This document shows positions 50,888 to 61,896 of a stretch of DNA of 64,000 bases, one piece after another. Both the position numbers and the translations under genes were made by a program. This DNA is from Patescibacteria group bacterium (GTDB lineage: Bacteria > Patescibacteriota > Patescibacteriia > UBA10025 > JAHIVO01), in NCBI GenBank assembly GCA_041650915.1, contig JBAZKE010000002.1, forward strand, positions 16,638 to 80,637. The letters are read 5' to 3'. The notes under the pieces were generated by a model. It did no database searches. It was not told the DNA's origin and saw only the letters and a program-made list of their open reading frames with translations. The first letter of the stretch is position 1. Each line of letters begins with the position of its first letter.

Positions 50888-52339
50888 CTAATCCTTCGGA
50901 CGGTTATCGATGACCCGCTTCTCCTTGAGCTCAGTTTCCATGCCGAGCATCTGGAGGAGCTCGGGCAGCTTCTTCTCAACGATCTGCGCATTGATAAAAA
51001 CCTCGTTATGAATCGCCTTCTGGATCTTCGGCTTGAGCTCAGAAAACGGCACCCCATTCTTCGGCGCCACGTAGAGCATGATCTCATCAATGTCGTACGG
51101 ATCGTTATTCCGCTTTCTGATTTCTACCTGCCACTCTTCAATTTCAGGCATCGGGGCGAGAACCGGATAAAAATTGTTGAGGTTGACGAGCTCACCCTTC
51201 ACTTTCGTGAGATGGAATTCCTTGATCTCTGAGGTGCGTTGGATATCCATCTTGATCCTCGGCACTGTCTTGCCGCAGTGCGGACACGGGCTGTACTCAA
51301 TACCCTCGGTCATATCTCCGGTCCGGTACCGCATGACCATTGTTCCGCGCCAGCCGAGCGATGTGTAGACGAGCTCACCCGGCTCGCCGTCTTTAACCCG
51401 ATTGCCGTCCTTGTCAATAACCTCAAAAAACTCAAAGTCTGGGTAGAGGTGGTACCCGGACTGTTCATGGCACTGGATCCAGGCTGCCTTACCTTCTGTG
51501 AATGCGTACGTCGACAGGAAGCGGACGTCCTTAGCCCCGACCTTGGCGAGGAGCTCCTTTGCCTTTGCCTTCATGCCCGCACTCGCCCGTTCGCCGCCGC
51601 TGATGATTACCTTGAGGCCTGAAAAATCCCGCCCCTGAGCTACAGCTTCCCGAAAGAGGTGGTACCCGTAGCCGGGGATGAACACGAGGAGCCCTGCCTT
51701 GAGGCGTTCAGTGGCGTCGAGTATTTTCTGCGTGCCCATGACCTTGCCGCCGCCGGTCTGGATTGACGTCATGCCGAGCTTGGTAAGCGCATTGTAGACC
51801 TGCCAAAACGCGAGGTGCGGCGCGTAAGGGAATGCGTTGATTGCGACGAGGTCTCTTGAAACGTGCGCGGTGTCAAGCATGCGCTCGCCGGCCTCCCGCA
51901 GGAGCTCTATATCATACGCGGAATAGGTGAATGACGTCGGCAGCGCGCTCCTGCCGGTCGTAAAGTGGACGTGGATCGGCTTGTACTCCCACTCAAGCTT
52001 TTTCTTGACATCCTGCTTCGTAACCTTGCCCCATACAATCTTTGCGAGGGCGCTCTTGCTTGCAAACTTTTTGATCAGCTTCTCGTCGGGCTGCAGGATA
52101 AATTCCCTCGGCTTTGCTGGATTCTCTGCAGTCGGCGCTATATCAGACTTCGATGTGAAGGGGATTTTCAGCAGATCGTCGGTTGTCTCGATATCATCAA
52201 ACCGCAGGCCGTTCTCCTGGAAGAGCCTCCGGTAGTACGGCGCGTACGGAAGCTGGTGCCGCACGTAATCGCGCAGAAGTTTATTCTGCAATTCTTTCTG
52301 CTGCTCGTACGGGAGCTGGGATACCTTGTTCCAATCCAT
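50888..52339 (-). CDS. Adenylate-forming enzyme of the PaaK / coenzyme F390 synthetase family
   Basis: FTTGRSALPTSFTYS (TSGTTG-like AMP motif), YGxTE-like and C-terminal lid regions. Confidence 0.6.
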   Translation of the reverse strand: MDWNKVSQLPYEQQKELQNKLLRDYVRHQLPYAPYYRRLFQENGLRFDDIETTDDLLKIPFTSKSDIAPTAENPAKPREFILQPDEKLIKKFASKSALAKIVWGKVTKQDVKKKLEWEYKPIHVHFTTGRSALPTSFTYSAYDIELLREAGERMLDTAHVSRDLVAINAFPYAPHLAFWQVYNALTKLGMTSIQTGGGKVMGTQKILDATERLKAGLLVFIPGYGYHLFREAVAQGRDFSGLKVIISGGERASAGMKAKAKELLAKVGAKDVRFLSTYAFTEGKAAWIQCHEQSGYHLYPDFEFFEVIDKDGNRVKDGEPGELVYTSLGWRGTMVMRYRTGDMTEGIEYSPCPHCGKTVPRIKMDIQRTSEIKEFHLTKVKGELVNLNNFYPVLAPMPEIEEWQVEIRKRNNDPYDIDEIMLYVAPKNGVPFSELKPKIQKAIHNEVFINAQIVEKKLPELLQMLGMETELKEKRVIDNRPKD

Positions 52340-52546
52340 ACGTCGTCGTTGTTACTTATTATGTATTGAATACGCCATTCGTGCCTATTGTCCGGACCTC
52401 ACCAGAGCGCCGATATGATCTATTATATCACGTGTAGCTGCAATGGGCAGCTCTCATATAATGCCGCTTTGCAGTGCAGATTGAGTATCAACTGCTCGCG
52501 CCGGGTTTGCCGTACGGCCATTGTCAGGATATTCGATGTGAGCTGT

Positions 52547-53185
52547 TTAAAAACGGTAATGCTTCCCGCACAGTGCTCCAATCCCCCGCATGACCGTCCG
52601 GTTCGCCTGTTCCAGCAGCTCTCTGCTGATAGGCTTGCCTACGAATTCTTTGAGGGACATCGGTTTGCCGATGGTAATATCAATAAACCCTTGCTTCGTA
52701 AACATGCTGCGAAATACCTCCCAGAAACTGTGCCCGGTTCCGTTGCGTATCCCGACTGGCACGAGAGGTGCGCCTGTCTCCAGTGCGAGGCGGACAGCTC
52801 CTGTTTTTGCCCGGCGGAGCTCAATCGGATCAGTATTGCGCGTCCCTTCAGGAAAAATGCCGACCGATTGCCCGCGTCGCACCGTCGCAATCGCTTCGAG
52901 GAGTGAACGGCGCTTATCCTGGTAGTACACCGGAATAAGCCCGAGCCAGTTCCCCGAAAGGCGCCCCCCGAGGCGCTTCCAGTACTCTTCCTTCGTGAAG
53001 AAGTATACCGGACGGTTGTAGTGCTCGAACATGAGCACGGCGAGCGCCGGAGCATCGAGGAATCCGCCGTGGTTTGCCGCGATAATGAAAGGATACTCTT
53101 TCGGCAGATGCTCGCGGCCCCGCACCGCACGAATCTTTCTCAATACGAGCGGGCCGCACAGCTGCCGGATGCATTCGTACGCCAT
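52547..53185 (-). CDS. 1-acyl-sn-glycerol-3-phosphate acyltransferase family (PlsC-like)
   Basis: The HxxxxD (NHGGFLD) and FPEGTR motifs. Confidence 0.75.
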   Translation of the reverse strand: MAYECIRQLCGPLVLRKIRAVRGREHLPKEYPFIIAANHGGFLDAPALAVLMFEHYNRPVYFFTKEEYWKRLGGRLSGNWLGLIPVYYQDKRRSLLEAIATVRRGQSVGIFPEGTRNTDPIELRRAKTGAVRLALETGAPLVPVGIRNGTGHSFWEVFRSMFTKQGFIDITIGKPMSLKEFVGKPISRELLEQANRTVMRGIGALCGKHYRF

Positions 53186-53205
53186 ACCGTTATGCGGCGT
53201 TCCGC

Positions 53206-55200
53206 TTACACGATGAGACCGATTATCAGCAGGGCGACTATATTCAAAATTTTAATCATCGGATTGATAGCCGGGCCTGCGGTATCTTTGTACGGATCTC
53301 CCACCGTATCGCCCGTTACGGCAGCCTGGTGCGCTGGCGAGCCTTTGCCGCCGTGGTTGCCTGCCTCGATGTACTTCTTCGCATTGTCCCATGCGGCACC
53401 GCCGGTTGTCATCGAGACCGCTACAAAAATACCGGTAATGATACTACCGACAAGCAAGCCGCCGAGCGCAACCGGCCCGAGCAGTACGCCGACAAGTATC
53501 GGCGCCACGACCGGGATGAGTGCGGGGACCATCATCTGCTTGATCGCCCCGCGGGTCACGATATCAACGGTTCGGGCATAGTCCGGCTTCGCTGAGCCAT
53601 CCATAATCCCCTTAATTTCACGGAACTGGCGGCGGACCTCCTGCACGACGTACCCGGCAACCTTGCCGACTGCCTGCATCGCCAGAGCGCCGAAGTAGTA
53701 CGGCAGCAGGCCGCCGATGAGGAGGCCGATAAGCACCTTTGGATCGTCCAGAACGAAGGAAAAGAGGTTGCCCGTATTGGCAAGCTCCTGTATATAGGAA
53801 GCGAAGAGCACGAGCGCGGCTAAGCCGGCTGATCCGATCGCATACCCCTTGGTGACTGCCTTGGTAGTATTGCCGACGGCATCGAGCGGGTCGGTTACGT
53901 TGCGGACCTCTTCCGGCAGCTCCGCCATTTCCGCGATGCCGCCCGCATTATCGGTAATCGGACCGTACGCATCGATCGTGACAATGACGCCAGCAAGGGA
54001 CAGCATGCTCATGGCGGCAATGGCAATCCCATACAGATCAGCGAGCGAGTAGGCGGCGAGGATGCCTCCCCCGATGACGAGCACCGGCATCGCCGTTGAT
54101 TTCATGCTCACGGCAAGGCCGGATATGATATTGGTTGCGTGCCCGGTTTTCGAGCTCTCGGCAATCGACTGCACTGGCTTGTACTTCGTCGACGTGTAGT
54201 ACTCGGTGATGACAACGAGCAGCGCGGTCACGATGAGCCCGACGACTGATGCGAGGTAAATGTCCATGGTGCTGTAGAGCGGCACGTCAGCCATCAGCCA
54301 GCGGGTAATCGGATAGAATCCGATCGCCGCGAGTGCGCCCGAAACAATGACGCCCCGATAGAGCGCGCCCATGATGTTTTTTTTCTTACCGAGCCGGATA
54401 AAGAGAATGCCGACGATTGAGCTGACGATCGCAAGCCCGCCGATGACGAGCGGATAGGTGAGTGCATTTTCAAATCCAGCGAATGTCAGCGATCCGAGCA
54501 GCATGGTCGCCACTGCGGTAACCGCGTATGTCTCGAAGAGATCAGCTGCCATTCCGGCGCAGTCGCCGACGTTATCGCCGACGTTGTCGGCGATGACAGC
54601 CGGATTACGGGGATCGTCCTCTGGTATCCCCGCCTCAACTTTTCCGACGAGGTCCGCTCCGACGTCCGCCGCCTTGGTATAGATACCGCCGCCGAGGCGG
54701 GCGAATATCGAAATCAGGCTGCCGCCGAAACCAAGGCCGATGAGCGCAGTAATATCTTTGACAATCGCATAGTATCCCGCAACACCGAGCAAACCGAGCC
54801 CGACAACGAGCATTCCGGTCACCGCGCCGCCCTTTGATGCGACACCCAGAGCCTTGCTCAAGCCCTGCTTTGCCGCCTCCGCCGTACGGACGTTTGCACG
54901 CACCGAAACGTTCATGCCGATGTAGCCGGCAAGCGCGGAAAGCACTGCTCCGATGACAAAGCCGACAGCCGTATTCAGATTGATCAACAGCCACAAGAGC
55001 ACAAAAACGGGCACCGCGATGAGCAGGACGGTGCGCGTCTGGCGGTTGAGGTACGCTCCTGCGCCTTCCTGGATCGCTTTCGCGATCGACTGCATGCGTT
55101 CATTGCCTTTCGGCAGTCGAAAAATCCATCGGCTCAGCAGCAAGCCGTAGATAATGGCAAGCCCCGCTGCTCCGAGGGCAATGATTAGCTCTGTGGACAT
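53206..55200 (-). CDS. hppA: Membrane-bound proton/sodium-translocating pyrophosphatase
   Basis: [20 protein letters not shown] and [19 protein letters not shown], with 15-16 TM helices. Confidence 0.9.
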   Translation of the reverse strand: MSTELIIALGAAGLAIIYGLLLSRWIFRLPKGNERMQSIAKAIQEGAGAYLNRQTRTVLLIAVPVFVLLWLLINLNTAVGFVIGAVLSALAGYIGMNVSVRANVRTAEAAKQGLSKALGVASKGGAVTGMLVVGLGLLGVAGYYAIVKDITALIGLGFGGSLISIFARLGGGIYTKAADVGADLVGKVEAGIPEDDPRNPAVIADNVGDNVGDCAGMAADLFETYAVTAVATMLLGSLTFAGFENALTYPLVIGGLAIVSSIVGILFIRLGKKKNIMGALYRGVIVSGALAAIGFYPITRWLMADVPLYSTMDIYLASVVGLIVTALLVVITEYYTSTKYKPVQSIAESSKTGHATNIISGLAVSMKSTAMPVLVIGGGILAAYSLADLYGIAIAAMSMLSLAGVIVTIDAYGPITDNAGGIAEMAELPEEVRNVTDPLDAVGNTTKAVTKGYAIGSAGLAALVLFASYIQELANTGNLFSFVLDDPKVLIGLLIGGLLPYYFGALAMQAVGKVAGYVVQEVRRQFREIKGIMDGSAKPDYARTVDIVTRGAIKQMMVPALIPVVAPILVGVLLGPVALGGLLVGSIITGIFVAVSMTTGGAAWDNAKKYIEAGNHGGKGSPAHQAAVTGDTVGDPYKDTAGPAINPMIKILNIVALLIIGLIV

Positions 55201-55240
55201 ACGTTTTGTATCCCTTAATTAGATTATTATATTTTTCACG

Positions 55241-56671
55241 TTACTTCGTATCTTTTTCGGGCGCTCCCTGCGTCTCCGGCGGTTTTGCTTCCGCCGATTC
55301 TCCCTGGGTTCCTGGCTGGCCGCTGGCGTCTGTTGCTGCATCCTCTGCCACGGGCTGCTCCTTCACCTCGCCGGCCTTCTGTCCTTCCGCGGGCTGAACT
55401 GCCGTTTCCGCATCCGCCGCGGTCTTCCCCTTCCTTTCTGAAGCGCTCCGATGCGCAGTGACTTTCTCCCCCTTGTCGGATACAATATCGATCCTCCACC
55501 CGGTCAGCTTCGCCGAAAGCCGGACATTCTGCCCCGCCTTGCCGATCGCGAGGGAGAGCTGGTCCTCTTTCACTTCGACGAGGGCTGTCTTCTCTTCTTC
55601 GTTGAGCGAAACGCTCAGCACCTTTGCCGGGGAAAGGGCGTTTGTGATGAACTTGACTGAATCCTCATCCCACTCGATGATATCAATCTTTTCGCCGCCA
55701 ATTTCGGAGATGATGGTCTGGACGCGTGAACCGCGCTGGCCGACGCACGACCCGACCGGATCAATGTTGAGCTGCGATGTCGTGACGGCAATCTTCGTGC
55801 GCGATCCCGCCTCTCGGGCGATTGCTTTTATCTCGACTGCATTATTGCCGATCTCCGGCACCTCAACAGAGAAGAGCTTCCTGACCATATCATGGTGCGC
55901 GCGGGAGAGAATGATCTCGGGACCCTTTGAAGTCTGGTTGACTCCCACAACATAAAACTTATACCGCTGGCCCGGCACGTAACGTTCGCCCGGTATCTGC
56001 TCAGGCGGGGGCAAGAGTGCTGTCGTCTGCCCAAGATCGATGAGCACCATGCGGCCCTCAACGCGCTGGACGCTCCCATTGATAATTTCACCCTCGCGCT
56101 CCTTGAACTCTTTGTAAATATTTTCACGTTCTGCTTCCCGGAGGCGCTGGATGATAACCTGCTTTGCGGTCTGCGCTGCCATCCGTCCGTAGGCAGCAGG
56201 GGGAGTCAGCTTTGTCCGGATTTCATCTCCCTCTTTCGCGCCTTTCTTGAGTGCCTGGGCGTCCGTGACGGTTATCTCCGTCTTCGGATTAAAGCGCTCA
56301 ATTTTTTCTTCTTCACCTTCCCCTACGGCTGCCGCCTCTTTCCTTTTATCCTGAGCCTCCGCGTCTGGAGCAGCCTTTTGTTGCTGTTTGCCCGCCTCTT
56401 GCACGGCCTCTTCCTGCGCGAGCCGCTCTTCTCTGAGCTGCTCTGTCAGCGCCGCCTTTTCATCCGATACGACGGTCTTGACGTCGTACACTTTTGATGT
56501 GCCCGTTGAGATATCAAAATCTACCTTGATATTCTCATTCTTTTCGCCAAAATCTTTACGGTACGCTACCGCGAGTGCGGCTTCTATCGTTTCTACTACA
56601 GATTCGAGTGAAATGTGTTTCTCCTCGCAAATCTGCTTCGCTGCCTGCAGGATTTCATTTTCCTTTGCCAT
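55241..56671 (-). CDS. nusA: Transcription termination/antitermination factor NusA with a low-complexity C-terminal tail
   Basis: NusA N-terminal domain, S1 and two KH domains, and an acidic/Ala-Lys-rich C-terminal extension. Confidence 0.85.
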   Translation of the reverse strand: MAKENEILQAAKQICEEKHISLESVVETIEAALAVAYRKDFGEKNENIKVDFDISTGTSKVYDVKTVVSDEKAALTEQLREERLAQEEAVQEAGKQQQKAAPDAEAQDKRKEAAAVGEGEEEKIERFNPKTEITVTDAQALKKGAKEGDEIRTKLTPPAAYGRMAAQTAKQVIIQRLREAERENIYKEFKEREGEIINGSVQRVEGRMVLIDLGQTTALLPPPEQIPGERYVPGQRYKFYVVGVNQTSKGPEIILSRAHHDMVRKLFSVEVPEIGNNAVEIKAIAREAGSRTKIAVTTSQLNIDPVGSCVGQRGSRVQTIISEIGGEKIDIIEWDEDSVKFITNALSPAKVLSVSLNEEEKTALVEVKEDQLSLAIGKAGQNVRLSAKLTGWRIDIVSDKGEKVTAHRSASERKGKTAADAETAVQPAEGQKAGEVKEQPVAEDAATDASGQPGTQGESAEAKPPETQGAPEKDTK

Positions 56672-56776
56672 ACGTATTTTTTACGATTCGTTCATTAGTT
56701 AACAAAAAAGACTAGTTATCATAGTAACTAGTCTCAGTATCAACAGTATAACCCTCTTTCCTGCACAGCGCAAGGG

Positions 56777-57136
56777 CTACTCGAGTGAGGCGTTCCGGAT
56801 GTGCCGTATTGCCCCGCGGACGACCGTCAGTACGTCGAATCGGTACGGACCGACGATTTCTTTCTCGGCAACGTACGTTTCAATCGCACGCCGAATAGCC
56901 CGCTTCTGCACCGGTCCGATTGAGAGCTCGGGCGGACCGAACGAGTGAGTCATCCTGCTCTTCACCTCGATGAAGACGAGATCGGCAGTGCGGGAATCAA
57001 CTGCAACGATGTCAATCTCGCCGCCGCGTATCCTCCAATTCCGCTGCACGATCCTGTATCCGCGCTCCGTGAGGAAAACGCTGGCAATCCGCTCGCCACG
57101 CCTGCCGACTTCATGCCTCTTCACGCGCACATTCAA
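56777..57136 (-). CDS. YraN-family (UPF0102) endonuclease
   Basis: GRRGERIA..FL...GY.I..RNWR...GEIDIVA......VFIEVKSR. Confidence 0.7.
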   Translation of the reverse strand: MNVRVKRHEVGRRGERIASVFLTERGYRIVQRNWRIRGGEIDIVAVDSRTADLVFIEVKSRMTHSFGPPELSIGPVQKRAIRRAIETYVAEKEIVGPYRFDVLTVVRGAIRHIRNASLE

Positions 57137-57178
57137 AACCTTCCTCAGAAGGGGAAGGTTGGATTAGGGGGCACTCGA

Positions 57179-57736
57179 TTACTTTCGTCCAAACAGCAGG
57201 CCGTAGTGGTGCGTGCCGGCATCGATGCGCTGCACGAGGCGGAGCCCCGTATGCGCAGCGAGCCGCTCGACATCCGCACTGGAGACTATCTTTTCCGTAT
57301 CGGGCATATACTCAGCATCGCTCCGCTTCCAGTCAATCACGACAACGTGGCCGCGCCCGGACAGAATGCGAACCACTTCCCGGAAGATATCCGCATGCTT
57401 TGCAGACTGCGAGAGCAGCTGCACGAGTAAAACCGTATCGACCGAGTGGTCACGAATCTTCCGGGCCCCGCCGGGCACCTCGACGTTTGACCATACCGTT
57501 CTGATATTCGTGAGGTTGTAGAGCTGTGCCTTGCTCGCTACTGCCGAGAGCGCCGCCTTAAGCACGTCGACGGCATACACCGTGCCTTCTTCTCCTACCA
57601 TGTGGGCCGCCGGAATGACAAAGTAGCCGCCGCCGCAGCCGAGGTCGGCAACGGTGCTCCCGTACGCCAAACCGATCTCGGTCAGCACCGCTTCTGGATT
57701 TACAAATGCGCTTCCATGTACCTCTTGTTTCAGCAT
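57179..57736 (-). CDS. Class I SAM-dependent methyltransferase
   Basis: SAM motif I VADLGCGGGYF, the acidic loop YAVDV. Confidence 0.55.
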   Translation of the reverse strand: MLKQEVHGSAFVNPEAVLTEIGLAYGSTVADLGCGGGYFVIPAAHMVGEEGTVYAVDVLKAALSAVASKAQLYNLTNIRTVWSNVEVPGGARKIRDHSVDTVLLVQLLSQSAKHADIFREVVRILSGRGHVVVIDWKRSDAEYMPDTEKIVSSADVERLAAHTGLRLVQRIDAGTHHYGLLFGRK

Positions 57737-57776
57737 ACGCTTTCAGTATAGCAAAGAGGCCTCAAAAACGGTAGGC

Positions 57777-58388
57777 TCATGTGTAGGTGCCCCGCATGGG
57801 TTTGAAAGAACGCCGGTGCTGCTCGCACAACCCGTACCTCGCTATGCTGCTACGGTGGGCTGCCGTCCCGTAACCTCTATTCTGGTCGAAGTGGTAGCGC
57901 GTATTTTTCAGATGGTGCCGATCCATGAGCCGGTCCCTGGTTACCTTCGCGATAACTGATGCGGCCGCGATGGAGAAAACGCTCGCGTCTCCCCTGACAA
58001 TGCCCCTCGAGGGGATCTGCCCGTATTCAATGTTGTAGCAATCGACGAGAACGAAGTCCGGCACGATGCCGAGCTTTCGTACGGCAAGGATCAGCGCCGC
58101 AGCGTTCGCCCTGCCAACTCCCCACCGGTCGATTTTTTTACTCGGGATAATCGACACTGCAAATGACACGGCGCATCGCACGATCACGCGGTAGACGTCT
58201 TCCCGCGCTTTTGCAGAGAGCTGCTTCGAATCCCGCAGCCCGGCAATCCTGCACTCGTGCGGCAAAATAACCGCCGCGGCGACCAGGGGGCCTGCCCAGG
58301 CACCGCGGCCCGCTTCATCGACCCCGGCAATGCGCCGTATGCCCAGGCGGTGCAGCCGATTCTCTTCTCTGCGCGTCGGTTTGTCCAT
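57777..58388 (-). CDS. rnhB: Ribonuclease HII
   Basis: GVDEAGRGAWAGPLVAAAV is the RNase HII signature. Confidence 0.85.
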   Translation of the reverse strand: MDKPTRREENRLHRLGIRRIAGVDEAGRGAWAGPLVAAAVILPHECRIAGLRDSKQLSAKAREDVYRVIVRCAVSFAVSIIPSKKIDRWGVGRANAAALILAVRKLGIVPDFVLVDCYNIEYGQIPSRGIVRGDASVFSIAAASVIAKVTRDRLMDRHHLKNTRYHFDQNRGYGTAAHRSSIARYGLCEQHRRSFKPMRGTYT

Positions 58389-58894
58389 ATGCTCTCAGTA
58401 TAGAGGAAAAATCGATAATCAAAAAAGGGGCGGGTGGACCGCCCCTAAAAAATATTATTTTTTGAGCACCACTCGCCCCGCGACTATTTACGCGGCACGA
58501 CGTCCGCTCGTAAACGAGCAGGCGTAGTGACGTTGTGCGAAATAGCCGTTAGGCTTTTTGTGTTGGTTCTCAAAAAGCAATATTCCTCTACCACCTCGCG
58601 GCAAAACCCTAATTTGCATTAAGGAGATGCCTTTTATTTTTATTTTAGAAAAATTTTTTCGGGCCAACCAACTTGTGGCCCTCCAGCAGTAGAGAAAGAG
58701 CTTACCTCAAGACTCCACTTTAGGTAAAATCCTTCTCCACCTGTGTATAAATTGTCAAGAATCATTCTAAAAACAGTATATCATATACCAATGTAAATGT
58801 CAATAGCTTTTTTATGCTTATATTAGCACAAAAAAAATAAACATACACAAATAAACTAAAACAAAACTTTGCTTAGTTATCCACAATTATCCTG

Positions 58895-59461
58895 CTATTT
58901 TCCTATATTCTTTTGCACGAACTCAAAAACCGCCCTGTACTCCTGCTCTTTATCCATATTCGTAACATCCAGGAAAAGATCATAGTTACTGGAATCGAAA
59001 ATATCGAGACCGTAAATCTTCCGGTACCGGAGCGTTTCACTCCGGATGCGATCCGTCATGCTCCGCAGGACTGAATCGTACGAGTTGAGGTTCCGGTCCT
59101 CATTCCTGTTATCTTCATGCTTGCCCTTCAGCGCGGACCAAATACGCTTCGCACCCTCTTCCGGCGCTACATCGAGGAATAATTTGAGCGACTGCGGGAT
59201 AAAGTGGAATGCTGTCCTGCTCTCAATGATAAAGTTGTCCTTGGTTTTGCCGTAAGCTTCTACCTTCGCATCAAAAAACTTATCTCCCTGATCGTTCGTT
59301 TCCGCCCACTTGAGGAATTCAAGAAGCGACATGCCGCGGCGACGCGCCTCGTCGCGGAACATGCCGCCTATATAAATCCGTTCATAGTTTAGCTCTACGG
59401 CGAGCCGTTTTGCTACGGTACTCTTCCCTGATCCCGGTTTTCCGCTCAGGCTAACGATCAT
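58895..59461 (-). CDS. cmk: Cytidylate kinase
   Basis: MIVSLSGKPGSGKST P-loop and the NMP-kinase fold. I placed the start at the internal Met just overlapping the pnp stop; the ORF extends to 59563. Confidence 0.75.
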   Translation of the reverse strand: MIVSLSGKPGSGKSTVAKRLAVELNYERIYIGGMFRDEARRRGMSLLEFLKWAETNDQGDKFFDAKVEAYGKTKDNFIIESRTAFHFIPQSLKLFLDVAPEEGAKRIWSALKGKHEDNRNEDRNLNSYDSVLRSMTDRIRSETLRYRKIYGLDIFDSSNYDLFLDVTNMDKEQEYRAVFEFVQKNIGK

Positions 59462-61694
59462 GTCGTGGCCTCCTGCCTTTCTGGAACGGTCGCGGGCTCG
59501 GACGCGGTTTTGAGTACGGCTGCTCCGGTGCGCCGCCATTGAGGACCTTATGCGAGAGCTCAATGCGCCCGCGTTCCTTATCGACGCCCATCACCTTCAC
59601 CTTGAGCTTATCGCCGACCTGCACAACATCGGTTACCCGAGCGATTCGCTCATTTGAAAACTGGGAGATATGCACCATGCCGTCCTGGCCTGGCAGCAGC
59701 TCTACGATTGCCCCGATCTCGCTGCCGGTGTTACGGTCCGTCACAATTTTAATGACCTGCCCCTCAAAGATTTCACCAATCTCAATCTCGCGGGTCAGGT
59801 TATGGACCCAGTCGAGCGCTTTCTTGCCCATCTCGGCATTCGTCGAAGTGATCATGACGAGGCCGTCCTGCTCGATATCAATCTTCGTAACGTCGTTCCC
59901 GCCGCACTCATCAATGATCTTATTGATCGTCTCACCGCCCTTGCCGATCACCTCCCGAATCTTTTCCGGATCGATTTTGAGGGTCGTGATCCTCGGTGCG
60001 TACTCAGACAGCTCCTCGCGCGGCTTCGGGATGCAGCGTTCGATGACGTCGAGAATCTTATACCGGGCCTCACGGGCTGCTGCAATCGCGTCCTTTGTAA
60101 TTTGGAGTGAAATGCCGCGCAGCTTCGTATCCATCTGTATTGCGGTAATGCCGCTGCGGGTCCCCGCAACCTTGAAGTCCATATCGCCCGTGTGGTCCTC
60201 AACGCCCTGAATATCCGTCAGAATCTTGTACCGGGAGAGATCGTTTTTATCGCTGATCAGGCCGATTGCAATGCCGGCGACCGGAGCCGTGATCGGGACG
60301 CCCGCATCCATGAGCGCGAGCGTAGAGCCGCAGCACGATGCCTGCGAGGACGAACCATTCGAAGAGAGCACCTCAGAAACAACCCTGATGGTGTACGGAA
60401 ATTTCTCGCGTTCGGGCAGCACCGGCTCAAGTGCCTTCTCAACGAGCGCTCCGTGACCGATCTCCCGGCGTCCCGGGGAACGGACCGGCTTTGCTTCTCC
60501 GGTGGAGAAGCCGGGAAAATTGTAGTGGTGCATGAAGTGCTTCTTGCCGCTCTCCTCCATCGTATCGAGCAGTTGCTCATCACCCGGCGATCCGAGCGTC
60601 ACGACCGACAGTACCTGGGTGGCACCACGGCTGAAGAGTCCTGAACCGTGCGTCCGCGGGAGGAGTCCGACTTCAACTAACAGCTCACGAATCTCATCGA
60701 GCTTGCGGCCGTCAACCCGTTTGCCCTCTTCAAGAGTTAAGCGCCGAGCAGCTTCATCGAACTGCCCCTCAACCATCCGGACGCCCGCCGCGCGGAGCTC
60801 TTTGCTGACTTCATTGTCGTCTTTCAGTATTGCTTCAAGCCCATCTTTGAGCTTGAGGAGTGCCTCTTTCTGCTCCTTCTTCCCGGTCGTGCTCAATACT
60901 TCGCCCATGTGCTCTGCACAGTACTCACGTACCTTCCCCGTAACCTTCTCAAGCGCAGCTCGCTCTCCATCGTTCATCTCCCCGAGCTCGACCATCTCTT
61001 TTGGAACGCCAATTTTTTTCTGAATGTCCTCAATTGTCGTGACAATTCCCTTGAGGTGCTTGTGGCCGAACTGTATCGCATCGAACATCGTATCATCGGG
61101 AATCTGCTTGCCGCCCGCTTCAATCATTAAAATTTTCTCTGCATCGCCGGCCACAAACACGTCCAGGTCGCTCTTCTCCCGCGCGCTGTAGGTCGGATTA
61201 ATGGCCCACTCACCGCCAATGCGCCCGACGCGGACACCGGCAATCGGCCCGTGCCACGGAATGGGCGATACGGAGAGCGCAGCTGATGCGGCAATCAATG
61301 ACAGGACATCGGCATCGTTTTCGTGGTCAACCGAAAGGACGGTAATAATAACCTGGATATCGTTCCGGATTGACTCGTCAAACAGGGGGCGGATCGAACG
61401 GTCGACGAGCCGCGAGGTCAGAATTGCTTCATCCGAAGGTCGCCCCTCGCGCTTGATAAAACGGGAGCCTTTGATTTTACCGGCGGCGTAGAGCCGCTCC
61501 TCGTAGTCGACCATGAGCGGGAAGTAGTCGATCCCGTCACGGATTACATCGCTGCGAACGGCGGTCGCCAGTACGACAGTGCCGCCGAACGTCACGGTGC
61601 ACGCGCCATGCGCCTGTCCGGCTAACTTGCCAAACTCAAACTGTAGCTTGCCCCCGTTTAACTCTGTCTCAAATTTCTGTACGGATGATGACAT
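59451..61694 (-). CDS. pnp: Polyribonucleotide nucleotidyltransferase (PNPase)
   Basis: Two RNase PH domains, KH (GKGGETINKI) and S1 domains, and a basic C-terminal tail. Confidence 0.9.
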   Translation of the reverse strand: MSSSVQKFETELNGGKLQFEFGKLAGQAHGACTVTFGGTVVLATAVRSDVIRDGIDYFPLMVDYEERLYAAGKIKGSRFIKREGRPSDEAILTSRLVDRSIRPLFDESIRNDIQVIITVLSVDHENDADVLSLIAASAALSVSPIPWHGPIAGVRVGRIGGEWAINPTYSAREKSDLDVFVAGDAEKILMIEAGGKQIPDDTMFDAIQFGHKHLKGIVTTIEDIQKKIGVPKEMVELGEMNDGERAALEKVTGKVREYCAEHMGEVLSTTGKKEQKEALLKLKDGLEAILKDDNEVSKELRAAGVRMVEGQFDEAARRLTLEEGKRVDGRKLDEIRELLVEVGLLPRTHGSGLFSRGATQVLSVVTLGSPGDEQLLDTMEESGKKHFMHHYNFPGFSTGEAKPVRSPGRREIGHGALVEKALEPVLPEREKFPYTIRVVSEVLSSNGSSSQASCCGSTLALMDAGVPITAPVAGIAIGLISDKNDLSRYKILTDIQGVEDHTGDMDFKVAGTRSGITAIQMDTKLRGISLQITKDAIAAAREARYKILDVIERCIPKPREELSEYAPRITTLKIDPEKIREVIGKGGETINKIIDECGGNDVTKIDIEQDGLVMITSTNAEMGKKALDWVHNLTREIEIGEIFEGQVIKIVTDRNTGSEIGAIVELLPGQDGMVHISQFSNERIARVTDVVQVGDKLKVKVMGVDKERGRIELSHKVLNGGAPEQPYSKPRPSPRPFQKGRRPRHDR

Positions 61695-61896
61695 ACGTAC
61701 GGATCCTTTCTGTCCATCACATCCCGTGCATCCACGGACAGGTGCGGAGCGTACGCCGCTTCATAAACTCATGCCTCGCAAGGGGCTGCTCGCCCCGTTG
61801 CGAAGAAAAAGTCTACGAAATCAGACGTGCTCCAGAAAACCTGCTGCTGAAAAGAAACGTGGTGTAAAGAACTGACGGACTTTGTTACTTATTAAT

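Noticed and set aside
58621-58686. AGGAG followed immediately by ATG and a 21-codon ORF in the AT-rich island
   Set aside because: SD-to-start spacing is essentially zero and the ORF is only 21 aa with no terminator, so it is most likely chance.
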